The translations under genes were made by a program, and so were the position numbers. The notes below the pieces were generated by a model. That model did no database searches. It was given only the letters and a program-made list of their open reading frames with translations, and was not told the DNA's origin. A stretch of DNA of 64,000 nt, from contig JBDNIW010000003.1 in NCBI GenBank assembly GCA_041688155.1, positions 5,555-69,554 on the forward strand, in the 5' to 3' direction. Below, piece by piece: positions 9,705-18,422 of the stretch. Position 1 is the stretch's first letter; each line of letters opens with the position of its first letter. The DNA is from Minisyncoccota bacterium (lineage in GTDB: Bacteria; Patescibacteriota; Minisyncoccia; Phycocordibacterales; UBA918).

Positions 9705-10450
9705 ATAAGCTTCCTACATTTTATAAAGATACGGCTACCTGTTTCGCTGTTTCCGATGAGTACCTTTGATCTGTATAGATTCAAAATAGATCTATTTAAT
9801 TTTGGCGTGTTAAGTAGGAATAGTCGGTTTGCTAAACACCGTTCAAGAATTTTTCCAAACAGCCCTTTTTTATTCAAGTAGCAAACTTCTTCAATTTCAA
9901 AGTAGGGATTGAGGTGTGATTCTAGAGACTCATGAGTGAAGTGCTGGTAATGTTTACCATTCGTTACAACATTAGTTGTGGGTGTTGTGAGAATAAAAAT
10001 CCCACCATTCTGTATTGATTCAGAAATGTGTCTAACATAATCATCAACTTTTTTTGGCAAGATATGCTCTATCACCTCGCAGGAGATAATCACATCAGAT
10101 TTTTGTTCCAGTGGCTTTCTTGTTATATCGTGTACAAAAAAATCAGCTCTATTCGTGAATCCTCTTGCAAAGTGTAGTGCTCGTGAGGAGATATCTACAC
10201 CTGTGTATGAGGCTAATTTATTATTTTCTAGCTCGCTAATGATCCTTCCTTCGCCACACCCAACATCGACAAGTGTTTTGTATTCAAGTTCGTTAATTTT
10301 ATCTATAACAAAATTTATATATGTAATATGTTCCAACCCCCAAAATAAATGTTTGAAAGTAAAAAAACCATCTTTTGTTATATGGGCAAGATGATGGTAC
10401 GGGAAATGATACTGATCTTCCTGTAAATTTTCTTTATGTAGTTCTCCCAT
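9701..10450 (-). CDS. Class I SAM-dependent methyltransferase
   Basis: LVDVGCGEG; GVDIS; CEVIEHI; GGIFILTTP. Confidence 0.9.
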   Translation of the reverse strand: MGELHKENLQEDQYHFPYHHLAHITKDGFFTFKHLFWGLEHITYINFVIDKINELEYKTLVDVGCGEGRIISELENNKLASYTGVDISSRALHFARGFTNRADFFVHDITRKPLEQKSDVIISCEVIEHILPKKVDDYVRHISESIQNGGIFILTTPTTNVVTNGKHYQHFTHESLESHLNPYFEIEEVCYLNKKGLFGKILERCLANRLFLLNTPKLNRSILNLYRSKVLIGNSETGSRIFIKCRKLI

Positions 10451-10484
10451 ACGATTTTGAAATAATTAATTTTATTTTAACACC

Positions 10485-11732
10485 TTATTCTTTTGCTTGG
10501 TAGAAGTAAATCATATACGCACTAATAGCAACAAAAGCTCTATACAACACTCTTGATACAACCGCTCCAATTAGTCCGTACAACGGAAGCAGTATGAGTA
10601 AAAGTGTAATTTGGAATATGCTGGTTACTATGTTGAATGTGTACAACCGCTTCTTTGCTAATTGAGCTTTCATCCCTGCAATTGGTAAACTACCGATACC
10701 AAATAGAATTGCGAGTGCGTAAACCTGCGAAAGATACACCGACTCAGCATAGGCGGGATACAGAACTGCAAAAATGTATGGGGCGACCAGAATGTACGTT
10801 AGCGCTAGCACCAATAAACAGATAAAATAAATGACTGTCTTGTGCCACATGCGCGCTCGGACACTCTTGGCCGAATGTTTGGAGAAGCGGGGGAGAACCA
10901 TCGTTTCGATCGTCTTTGTAAATCCTTTATATTGATCCGGCAGTGCAGTGGCAAACGCGTACGTGGCCAACTCAATTGCGCCCAAGTTTTGAAAGATTAG
11001 TATTTTGTCAGCTTGGTTTGATAGAGTTGAAATGATATTTTGGACACTGATGTGTTTTGAGTAGTTGGTGATGTTTGTTGCCTCTGGTCGGGTGAGGTCA
11101 ATGGTTGCTTCGTGTCTGGTATACAGAATCCGCACCAATTGGTTAGCCGCCAGGTTACCGATCAGGTAAGCGCTGATCAGCACAAATATATTTCCCGACA
11201 ACACAATAGCTGCCACAGTACTGCACGTAGTGATTAACACACGTAGTACGTGGGCGGTAGTGTTTTCGTAGAATCTTTGCTCACCGACCAACTGTGCAAA
11301 AATCAGCGTCGTGGTGTTAATCAGTGGTTGGAATAACCCAATCAAGATTAGACCGATGGCGAGTTGGTTGTTGTCATTAAATGCATAGTATCCAGCCCCT
11401 ATGCACGCCAGAGCACTCACTATCAATCCGTATTTGACACTCAACCTACTGGCATACGCCAGGTACCCCACGATGTGTTTGGCTGCTGCTTGGGTCACAC
11501 CGGTTTGCAACCCTGTGAGTGAAAAAGCCGTGAGAATAATCCCCGCAGTAACGAGGTATTTATAAACACCATATGTTTGCGGATCAAGAAAGTTCGCAAA
11601 AAAGTATGAGGTTGCCAATATAGATACAATGGTGAACAAGTGGCCACTCATTAGCCAAAACCCACCATTAACAAAATACCGCACATCAAAGCGAAGTTTT
11701 TTCGTTAGGATTGATTCGATTTTAGAAATCAT
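10485..11732 (-). CDS. Oligosaccharide flippase (Wzx/MOP family)
   Basis: About 12 hydrophobic segments; LDPQTYGVY, QADKILI..LG..ELATY and YGLIGA motifs; located in the glycan locus. Confidence 0.85.
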   Translation of the reverse strand: MISKIESILTKKLRFDVRYFVNGGFWLMSGHLFTIVSILATSYFFANFLDPQTYGVYKYLVTAGIILTAFSLTGLQTGVTQAAAKHIVGYLAYASRLSVKYGLIVSALACIGAGYYAFNDNNQLAIGLILIGLFQPLINTTTLIFAQLVGEQRFYENTTAHVLRVLITTCSTVAAIVLSGNIFVLISAYLIGNLAANQLVRILYTRHEATIDLTRPEATNITNYSKHISVQNIISTLSNQADKILIFQNLGAIELATYAFATALPDQYKGFTKTIETMVLPRFSKHSAKSVRARMWHKTVIYFICLLVLALTYILVAPYIFAVLYPAYAESVYLSQVYALAILFGIGSLPIAGMKAQLAKKRLYTFNIVTSIFQITLLLILLPLYGLIGAVVSRVLYRAFVAISAYMIYFYQAKE

Positions 11733-12049
11733 GATTACTATAAGTGTGCATGTTTGTGCACAGGATCCTGCCCTTCACAACAAACGATAACCGTATTTTT
11801 CCTGGTGAAAAGTAACACCGTTCAGTTTACTAATTATATATCGATACGTACTTGGACTATAACAAGTTCAGGTCGATATAAGTTCCAGTTGCTAGATAAT
11901 CACAGTATATCCCTGGCGCGTCATGCTACATATATGTACCTATTCTCCTATTATAAACAAAGTTGTTCGGATCAGCTGAAATGTAGGTGTCTTTATGATT
12001 TGCTTGGTGGTGGAGCGATACCCGCACTAGTTCACCAGCTGCTATACTA

Positions 12050-12784
12050 ATGACAATGAAACACCCATTAACCCTTGGTGCTATCCTCGCGATGTTGCTG
12101 GCGGGTGGGGTGACTGGGTACACGGTGATCCAGAATCGGGACGTGGATATTTTTGAGTCGAGTGTTCACGTGGTGAGCTACGTGGTCGATGGCGATACGA
12201 TTGATATCGCGAACGACGTCCGTGTGCGGCTGCTGGGGATCGATGCACCGGAGCGTGGTGAGTGTGGGTACGTCGAGTCCCGCGCGTTTCTGACCCAACT
12301 AGTGGCGGGGAAGCCAATCAGAATCGAGAAAGACATCACCGGGGCTGATCAGTACGGCCGACTGTTGCGCTACGTGTACCTGCCGTCAGCTGCAGCAGCG
12401 GCCGATGATGTATTGGTTAATGACGCCCTGCTGCGGGCTGGTCACGCCCGGACGCTGGGTATCGCGCCAGACAATCGCTACCGTGACTTGTTTGCCACTG
12501 CCCAGGAGCAAGCCAAGCAAGCTAGCCGCGGTATCTGGGGCGTGTGCGATGTGCTCGACGAAGAATCAGCCAGTCAGTCCGACAGCCAGCCCACCGACCC
12601 TGCGTGCATCATCAAGGGTAACGTCTCCGCCAAGTCATTCGGTCGCAATTATTTTTACCCAGGCTGTCCCAACTACAATCGGATCAAGATTGACCTGAGT
12701 AAAGGCGAGGGGTATTTCTGTACCGAAGCCGAGGCCAGGGAAGCGGGCTTTACTCGGTCAGTGTCGTGCGATAGCACGTTTTAA
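12050..12784 (+). CDS. Thermonuclease (SNase) family protein with a Cys-containing C-terminal domain
   Basis: N-terminal TM/signal; VVDGDTI, VRLLGIDAPE and DQYGRLLRYV motifs; C-terminal CIIKGN...GC...FCTEAEAREAGF. Confidence 0.9.
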   Translation: MTMKHPLTLGAILAMLLAGGVTGYTVIQNRDVDIFESSVHVVSYVVDGDTIDIANDVRVRLLGIDAPERGECGYVESRAFLTQLVAGKPIRIEKDITGADQYGRLLRYVYLPSAAAAADDVLVNDALLRAGHARTLGIAPDNRYRDLFATAQEQAKQASRGIWGVCDVLDEESASQSDSQPTDPACIIKGNVSAKSFGRNYFYPGCPNYNRIKIDLSKGEGYFCTEAEAREAGFTRSVSCDSTF

Positions 12785-12831
12785 CCGTTGCTACCAATAA
12801 CCTGTTCAGCGGTTTGGTATACTGTAATCAT

Positions 12832-13176
12832 ATGACCATCATAATTTTCTTGGTTGGGTTGCTACTGGGTGTTGGGTCGGGGGTGCTGATCGGTCGCCAG
12901 GCACGGGCAGCCAGCCCAGACCTGTTTACCGAGGATGACATGGAGAGTGACCCGCGCCTGACGGCCGCGCACGTCGCTCTGCGGCAGCGCACCGAGCGGC
13001 GCCTCGCCAGAATCTTGGCCCAAGCCCAAACCGACGGCCGAATTACCAACAACGGCGCCGAAGAGCTGTTCTGCATCAGCGACCGCACCGCCAGCGTATA
13101 TCTGTCCGAGTTGACCAAGCGCGGTGACCTGGAGCGACAGGGGGCCGGCCGAGGCACATTTTACACCCCCAAATAA
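12832..13176 (+). CDS. Membrane-anchored winged-HTH protein
   Basis: N-terminal TM; GRITNNGAEELFCISDRTASVYLSEL...GAGRGTFY resembles a DeoR/Fic-C-terminal wHTH. Confidence 0.7.
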   Translation: MTIIIFLVGLLLGVGSGVLIGRQARAASPDLFTEDDMESDPRLTAAHVALRQRTERRLARILAQAQTDGRITNNGAEELFCISDRTASVYLSELTKRGDLERQGAGRGTFYTPK

Positions 13177-13217
13177 ACCCCTAATCCCGCAGAATACCCG
13201 CTATTGTGCGGGATTAG
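13149..13217 (+). repeat. Direct repeat copy 1 (3' end of the wHTH gene plus a hairpin)
   Basis: ccgaggcacattttacacccccaaataaacccctaatcccgcagaatacccgctattgtgcgggattag. Identical to 13911-13978 except for one A. Confidence 0.95.
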
Positions 13218-13271
13218 GGTGTTTGTTGCTTTTCTCTACTGGTAGCCTGTGGGATTTTGTACTTTCGATGT

Positions 13272-13299
13272 TTGACACGTTGTATACATTGTATATACT
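13272..13299 (+). promoter_or_regulatory. Sigma70 promoter with overlapping palindromic operator for the TA operon
   Basis: TTGACA (13272)-N16-TATACT (13294). Inverted repeat tataca-t-tgtata at 13283-13295. The GTG start lies 7 nt downstream. Confidence 0.75.
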
Positions 13300-13305
13300 A
13301 CATAG

Positions 13306-13581
13306 GTGAAGTACTTCGACTGGAATGAAGAAAAAAACCGGTGGTTAGCGCAAGAACGAGCCGTCACGTTTGAACTTTGCGTGGCGTGTATCGAACAAGG
13401 CTATCTGCTTGATACGTTACAAAACAAAGCTCCACACGGACACCAACAAGTATTTATCGTCAATATCGAAGGGTATGCGTACCGGGTACCGTTTGTGCAA
13501 GACGGAGACAAAATATTTCTCAAAACCATGTATCCAAGCAAAAAAGACACCGCTGCCTATTTGTTACCAAAAGATATGTAA
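13306..13581 (+). CDS. BrnT/DUF4258-like type II toxin
   Basis: FDWNEEKN..L..ER.VTFE; YAYRVPFV...IFLKTMYPSKK. Confidence 0.85.
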   Translation: MKYFDWNEEKNRWLAQERAVTFELCVACIEQGYLLDTLQNKAPHGHQQVFIVNIEGYAYRVPFVQDGDKIFLKTMYPSKKDTAAYLLPKDM

Positions 13582-13600
13582 AGTTTATATATTCCACAGC

Positions 13601-13858
13601 ATGAAAAAACTACAACTAACACCTGAAGAAAAAAAACTAGACGCTGCAATTGATCGCGGCGAGTATGTGTCTGTGCATACACCAGCGCTAGCTGATCAGT
13701 ATGCCAAAATCGCCAAAGCCACTTTTGCCAAACAGCGAACGGTCAATGTGCGTATTTCAGAGCGCAATTTGCTCCGCCTCAAAGCTGTGGCGTCTCGCCA
13801 AGGAATGACCTACCAAACCTACATCACCGGACTGATTCAAAAGCACGTCGAAAACTAG
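13601..13858 (+). CDS. CopG/BrnA-like RHH antitoxin
   Basis: VNVRISERNLLRLKAVASRQGMTYQTYI; directly downstream of the toxin. Confidence 0.85.
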   Translation: MKKLQLTPEEKKLDAAIDRGEYVSVHTPALADQYAKIAKATFAKQRTVNVRISERNLLRLKAVASRQGMTYQTYITGLIQKHVEN

Positions 13859-13910
13859 TGATTGTTTTTCCTAGACTAATCAAGGGGTACCCTTAGTTAT
13901 AGTGCACTGA

Positions 13911-13978
13911 CCGAGGCACATTTTACACCCCCAAATAACCCCTAATCCCGCAGAATACCCGCTATTGTGCGGGATTAG
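13911..13978 (+). repeat. Direct repeat copy 2
   Basis: Matches 13149-13217 with a 1-nt deletion. Confidence 0.95.
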
Positions 13979-14026
13979 CAGATTATGACCATCCAGCCCA
14001 CACCCTATGCATGGTAGTATTTTTAT

Positions 14027-14176
14027 ATGACAATGAAGTCCTGGAAAATACTACATAATTTTACCGAGGGTATAGCTCGCGCTTCTGTAGATTGGTACGG
14101 TAAAATTAAAATAGTCACTGCTTACTTTACCGAAATCTTCCCTAATAATGAAAAAAATATATGGAACAAAAAATAA
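14027..14176 (+). pseudogene. Possible truncated toxin (C-terminal remnant) upstream of the DUF2283-like gene
   Basis: 49-aa ORF ending KIKIVTAYFTEIFPNNEKNIWNKK*, overlapping the next start. An ITAYFT...IW tail is typical of toxins paired with DUF2283. Confidence 0.4.
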
Positions 14177-14583
14177 ATCAGACACTTGAGAGAATCTCTG
14201 CAAGTAATAAAGATCTCAAACAGAGAATGAACCAAGAGAACTGGTCTGTTTCATATAATAAAAAAACTGACATGTTATCTATCGGTGGAGTTTTTTCAGA
14301 TAATTCAAGCTACGTCCCACTTGGAGATGGTACGCTCATCAGAATAGACGCAAACCACCGAATCTGTGGCTTCTCGGTTGAAAACACCAAACTATTTATG
14401 GCAGAAAACCCAGACTTAGGATTTGCTTTATCTTTTTATGTCTATCCAGTGCGCAGCTACTTGCAGCTTCCATTCTATTTTCTCTTGTATCATACAACCA
14501 AAGGTTTTAGTGATGCGTTTAGCAAGATGCGAGTCATGACGTCTCTCTCGGACCACGTAGCAGGTCGGACGATGTTTGCCTAA
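14161..14583 (+). CDS. DUF2283-like protein (putative antitoxin)
   Basis: The SYNKKTDMLSI...GTLIRIDANHRICGFSVEN pattern resembles DUF2283. Confidence 0.6.
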   Translation: MEQKINQTLERISASNKDLKQRMNQENWSVSYNKKTDMLSIGGVFSDNSSYVPLGDGTLIRIDANHRICGFSVENTKLFMAENPDLGFALSFYVYPVRSYLQLPFYFLLYHTTKGFSDAFSKMRVMTSLSDHVAGRTMFA

Positions 14584-14735
14584 ACTTGCTGGTGAGCGGA
14601 AACCACACTTTGTGTGTTGGCAATTAAATCCCCAAGGGTTGCCCTCGGGGATGTTCTTATATGGAACCGAATTCTTTCTAAATAAATACCTTTGCCTGCA
14701 AGTGATTTGTAGCTGCTCGTCTGGCGCGTTCAGCA

Positions 14736-14765
14736 TTGACAAGTGTTTGACATCAGTGCTAATAT
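14736..14765 (+). promoter_or_regulatory. Sigma70 promoter
   Basis: TTGACA at 14736-14741; extended -10 TGcTAATAT ending at 14765. Confidence 0.7.
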
Positions 14766-14771
14766 ATTTAC

Positions 14772-14867
14772 GTGTCTGTCGGGGTGAAAGCCCCTCCCTA
14801 GCTAACGAATTCGTAAGCTGGCAGGCAGGCACTCAAGAGCGTCCCACTTTACCAGTGGGACTTTTTT
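14772..14867 (+). ncRNA. Candidate structured small RNA (three-way junction plus intrinsic terminator), family unknown
   Basis: P1 gtgtctgtc/ggcaggcac; P2 ggggt-GAAA-gcccc; P3 ctagct-a-acg-aatt-cgt-a-agctgg; terminator gtcccact/agtgggac followed by T6. The 5' end is 7 nt after the -10 box. Confidence 0.65.
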
Positions 14868-15143
14868 GTTGCCCTATGATCGCTTACCAAATTTTTTACC
14901 CATGACACTTAAAAAATGAACATTCCCGTTGCCAATTTTCCGTAAAACTATTTTGATTTTTAGATTGTCCTCAACTTCAATCCATTCCAAAATCCAGAGC
15001 GTGCACCTTGGATCAGTATGACTTTTCCGTGTCGCTGTTTTTGCCGTAGCAGGGCTTGTGTGGCAACAAACATAGTGAGACCCTTAGTTTGCGCACTCGT
15101 CTAGTCACGGGGAGGTGGGTGTGCATGATATAGTTTCTCGCAT

Positions 15144-17360
15144 ATGAAAGATTTCTTAAAATGGTCAGTCTACGCGGGGTTGTTTGCGGTTCCGTTTCTG
15201 ACGCTGTACGTAGCCAATGATTATTTCTTCCCGTTTATTACCGGCAAGAACTTTGGGTTCCGGATTATTGTCGGGTGTACCCTCATCGCCTGGCTGCTGC
15301 TGACGCTCTATGACACGCGGTATCGACCCAAGTTTTCTTGGATCCTGACTAGTTTTGGGGCGCTGCTCGGGGTGATGTTTCTGGCCAACTTGTTTGGTGT
15401 GCATCCCAACTCTAGTTTCTGGAGTAATTTCGAACGGATGGATGGGTACGTGTCGCTCGTGCATACGTTCTTCTACATGATTATATTGGGCAGTATGTTG
15501 ACGACCAAGACCCACTGGACGTGGCTGCTCAACGTCTCGCTCGGGGTGTCTGGGTACGTGGCGCTCTATGGGTTGGGGCAGTATTTTGGCTTCCTGCCGG
15601 GCTCGAACCGCATCGACAGTACGCTGGGTAACGCGGCCTACATGGCGGTATACATGTTGTTCCATATCTTTATCGCGTTGTGGCTACTCGTGTCGAGTAG
15701 CGAACTATGGCAGAAAATAATCTACGGCGTATCGATCCCAGTGTTGACGTTTGTGCTGGTCGAGACTGGTACTCGTGGGACGACGGTTGGACTAGTCGTG
15801 GGGGCGTTAGTGCTGTGTGCGTACGTCGGACTATTTGGCGCGCAGTTCCAGCAGTACCGCAAATACGCCATTGGTGCGTTCGCGGTACTGCTGGTACTGC
15901 TGGGTGGGTTTGTGGCGGCGCGCGACTCAGCGTTTGTTCAGGACCAGACCAACCTCGCCCGTATCGCCAACATCTCAGTAGCTGACCTCGAGATCCGTGG
16001 GATCATCTGGGGGATGGCCTGGGAAGGGGTCAAAGAGCGACCTATTCTCGGGTACGGCCAGAGTAACTTTAACTACGTGTTCAATGAGCAGTACGACCCG
16101 CGACTGTACGCGCAGGAGCAATGGTTCGACCGGGCGCACAACATCTTTATGGACTGGCTTATCGCTGGCGGGTTCTTGGGGCTGTTGGTTTATCTTAGTA
16201 TATTTGTGGCCTGTCTGTATTACTTGGTTTGGCGACCGTGGCGCCATGACGACCAGACGTTTACCGTGATTGAGCGGGGGATTTTGGTCGGGTTGTTGGC
16301 TGGGTATGTTACCCACAACCTGGTGGTGTTTGATAACATCGTCAGCTATATATTCTTTGCGGTGATCCTCGGTTTGATCCACTCGCGCGTGGCCACCCCA
16401 ATCAAATCAATCGCGACCAAGAAAGTGGATGAATCGGTAATCCTGCAGGTGGCGTTGCCGCTTGGTATCGCTGTGTTTGCGGCCATAGTGTATTTTGTGC
16501 ACTTGCCAGGGATGTCGGCCGCTGGTGACATCCTCAAGGCGTACGGCACCATGCGACCAACCGTCGAGCAGGGTGTGCAGCGACCGCCTGCTGGCCCAGC
16601 TGCGATGCTGGAGGAATTTAGAACTGCCGTCAGTCGAGACTCGTTTGCGTACCAAGAGATCACCGAGCAGATAGCGCAGCAATCAATGGGGCTCGCGCGG
16701 GCATCCGATGTCGACGCCGACATCCTAGCCGCCTTTGCCGCCTACTCAGAAGAACAACTGGCTGACCTGGTCGCCCGCAAACCAGGCGACGCTCGCATCC
16801 ACGTGTTTGTCGCTAGCTACTATCGCGCGACCAACCAGCTCGACCGGGCTGCCGCCGAGATGGCCATCGCTCGCTCGCTGTCGCCTGATAAGCAAAGCAT
16901 CATCATCCAGCAAGGGTTCATCGAGCTGGCCAATGGTCAGATTGACGCCGCTCACGAGTTTTTCACCACCGCGTTTACGTTAGATGAGCGCAACCCCGAA
17001 GCGCGCGAGTACTACGCCGCCTCACTGCTCTACCAAAACGACATCTCTGGAGCAGTGGCCCTACTCGACACCGAAGCGACCAAAACCCGGTTCGCAAACA
17101 GTGATTTCCTACTTGGTGCCGCCAACCAGGTCAACGCCACCGAGCTCCTCATCGAGCTGTTTACCCACCGGTTAGAGCAAGACAACTCGAACGCCCAGAG
17201 TTGGGCAACCCTCGCGTTCTTGTACTACAACCAGGCCGACAACGACGGGGCCATCCGGATTTTGAACGAAGCCCAGGTCGCCATCCCAGGGTTTGCCAGC
17301 ACTGCGACTTGTATCATTGGCAACATCACCGCTGAGGTTGATCCGCAGACTGGCTGTTAA
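15144..17360 (+). CDS. O-antigen ligase (Wzy_C) family membrane protein with C-terminal TPR-like region
   Basis: Multi-TM; STLGNAAYMA, TGTRG, RPILGYGQSNF and FDRAHNIFMDWLIAGG motifs; helical repeat C-terminus. Confidence 0.88.
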   Translation: MKDFLKWSVYAGLFAVPFLTLYVANDYFFPFITGKNFGFRIIVGCTLIAWLLLTLYDTRYRPKFSWILTSFGALLGVMFLANLFGVHPNSSFWSNFERMDGYVSLVHTFFYMIILGSMLTTKTHWTWLLNVSLGVSGYVALYGLGQYFGFLPGSNRIDSTLGNAAYMAVYMLFHIFIALWLLVSSSELWQKIIYGVSIPVLTFVLVETGTRGTTVGLVVGALVLCAYVGLFGAQFQQYRKYAIGAFAVLLVLLGGFVAARDSAFVQDQTNLARIANISVADLEIRGIIWGMAWEGVKERPILGYGQSNFNYVFNEQYDPRLYAQEQWFDRAHNIFMDWLIAGGFLGLLVYLSIFVACLYYLVWRPWRHDDQTFTVIERGILVGLLAGYVTHNLVVFDNIVSYIFFAVILGLIHSRVATPIKSIATKKVDESVILQVALPLGIAVFAAIVYFVHLPGMSAAGDILKAYGTMRPTVEQGVQRPPAGPAAMLEEFRTAVSRDSFAYQEITEQIAQQSMGLARASDVDADILAAFAAYSEEQLADLVARKPGDARIHVFVASYYRATNQLDRAAAEMAIARSLSPDKQSIIIQQGFIELANGQIDAAHEFFTTAFTLDERNPEAREYYAASLLYQNDISGAVALLDTEATKTRFANSDFLLGAANQVNATELLIELFTHRLEQDNSNAQSWATLAFLYYNQADNDGAIRILNEAQVAIPGFASTATCIIGNITAEVDPQTGC

Positions 17361-17366
17361 TCATCT

Positions 17367-18383
17367 ATGTTGCTACAAGAGCACGTCACGCTAGCCCCGT
17401 ATACGACGCTCAAAGTGGGTGGGGTTGGTCGCTACCTGGCTGTGGTTGACTCTGTCGGTGCGGTTGAGTCGGTACGACAGTTTGCGTTGCAAACTGTCGT
17501 ACCGGTGCTGGTCCTGGGGTACGGATCCAACGTGCTCATTTCAGATAGTGGGTTTGCTGGTCTGGTGATTGTGAACCAGATCAAGGGTCGGACCTACACT
17601 CAGGCACCTGACGGGACAACCCACGCCACCTTTGGCGCTGGTGAGGACTGGGACGCCGTTGTGGCTGACACGGTTGAGCGGGGCTACTGGGGCTTAGAGA
17701 ACCTCAGTCATATCCCCGGCACCGTCGGTGCTACTCCAATCCAAAACGTTGGCGCCTACGGAGTCGAGGTGTCAGAGCGGATTGTCTCGGTTGCAGCCAT
17801 CTCGCTCGTGACCGGCGCAGTCAGAACCTTCACCCCCGCCGAGTGCCTGTTTTCGTACCGTGATTCTTATTTCAAAACGGAGCCAGGACGCAACTGGCTG
17901 ATCACGGACGTCACGTTTATACTCCACCCAACTAGAGCGGCCGCGGTGCTGACCTACGCTGACCTACGTACGTTTGCCGCCGCTCACCTGGACTACACCG
18001 CCGCGGACATCCGCGCCGAGATCATCAGCATCCGCTCGACCAAATTCCCCCACTGGCAGACCATCGGTACCGCGGGGTCGTATTTCAAAAACCCGTCGAT
18101 TACCCTGGCGCAAGTGGCAGCATTATTGGACCGCTACCCAGCGTTACCGCACTGGCCGCAACCTGACGGTACTGTCAAAGTTTCACTAGGCTGGATCCTC
18201 GACCAGGTATGTGGTTTGCGTGGCTACACCGACGGAGCGGTGAGTCTCTCAGCCCATCAGGCTTTGGTGCTACTAAACACCGGTGACTCAGCGACTGCTA
18301 TCACTGAGTTTGCCCAGTACGTCGCCGACACCGTGTATAAGAAAACCCACATCACCATCGAACCAGAGGTGCGCTCCGTCTAA
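17367..18383 (+). CDS. murB: UDP-N-acetylmuramate dehydrogenase
   Basis: LGYGSNVL, IPGTVGATPIQNVGAYG, AGSYFKNP, HQALVL and EPEV motifs. Confidence 0.96.
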   Translation: MLLQEHVTLAPYTTLKVGGVGRYLAVVDSVGAVESVRQFALQTVVPVLVLGYGSNVLISDSGFAGLVIVNQIKGRTYTQAPDGTTHATFGAGEDWDAVVADTVERGYWGLENLSHIPGTVGATPIQNVGAYGVEVSERIVSVAAISLVTGAVRTFTPAECLFSYRDSYFKTEPGRNWLITDVTFILHPTRAAAVLTYADLRTFAAAHLDYTAADIRAEIISIRSTKFPHWQTIGTAGSYFKNPSITLAQVAALLDRYPALPHWPQPDGTVKVSLGWILDQVCGLRGYTDGAVSLSAHQALVLLNTGDSATAITEFAQYVADTVYKKTHITIEPEVRSV

Positions 18384-18422
18384 CCTTTGCACTGCACTAC
18401 TAACACCTATATACTAGCAACT

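Noticed and set aside
11754-12050. 98-aa ORF between the flippase and the nuclease
   Set aside because: Weak start and no motifs. It may be decayed sequence but cannot be supported.
13149-13978. CRISPR repeats or integron attC sites
   Set aside because: There are only two copies 762 bp apart, no cas or intI, and no RYYYAAC/GTTRRRY ends.
14428-14905. ORFs 14576..14905 (+) and 14428..14832 (-)
   Set aside because: The translations do not look protein-like, and they cross a clear promoter, RNA structure and terminator.
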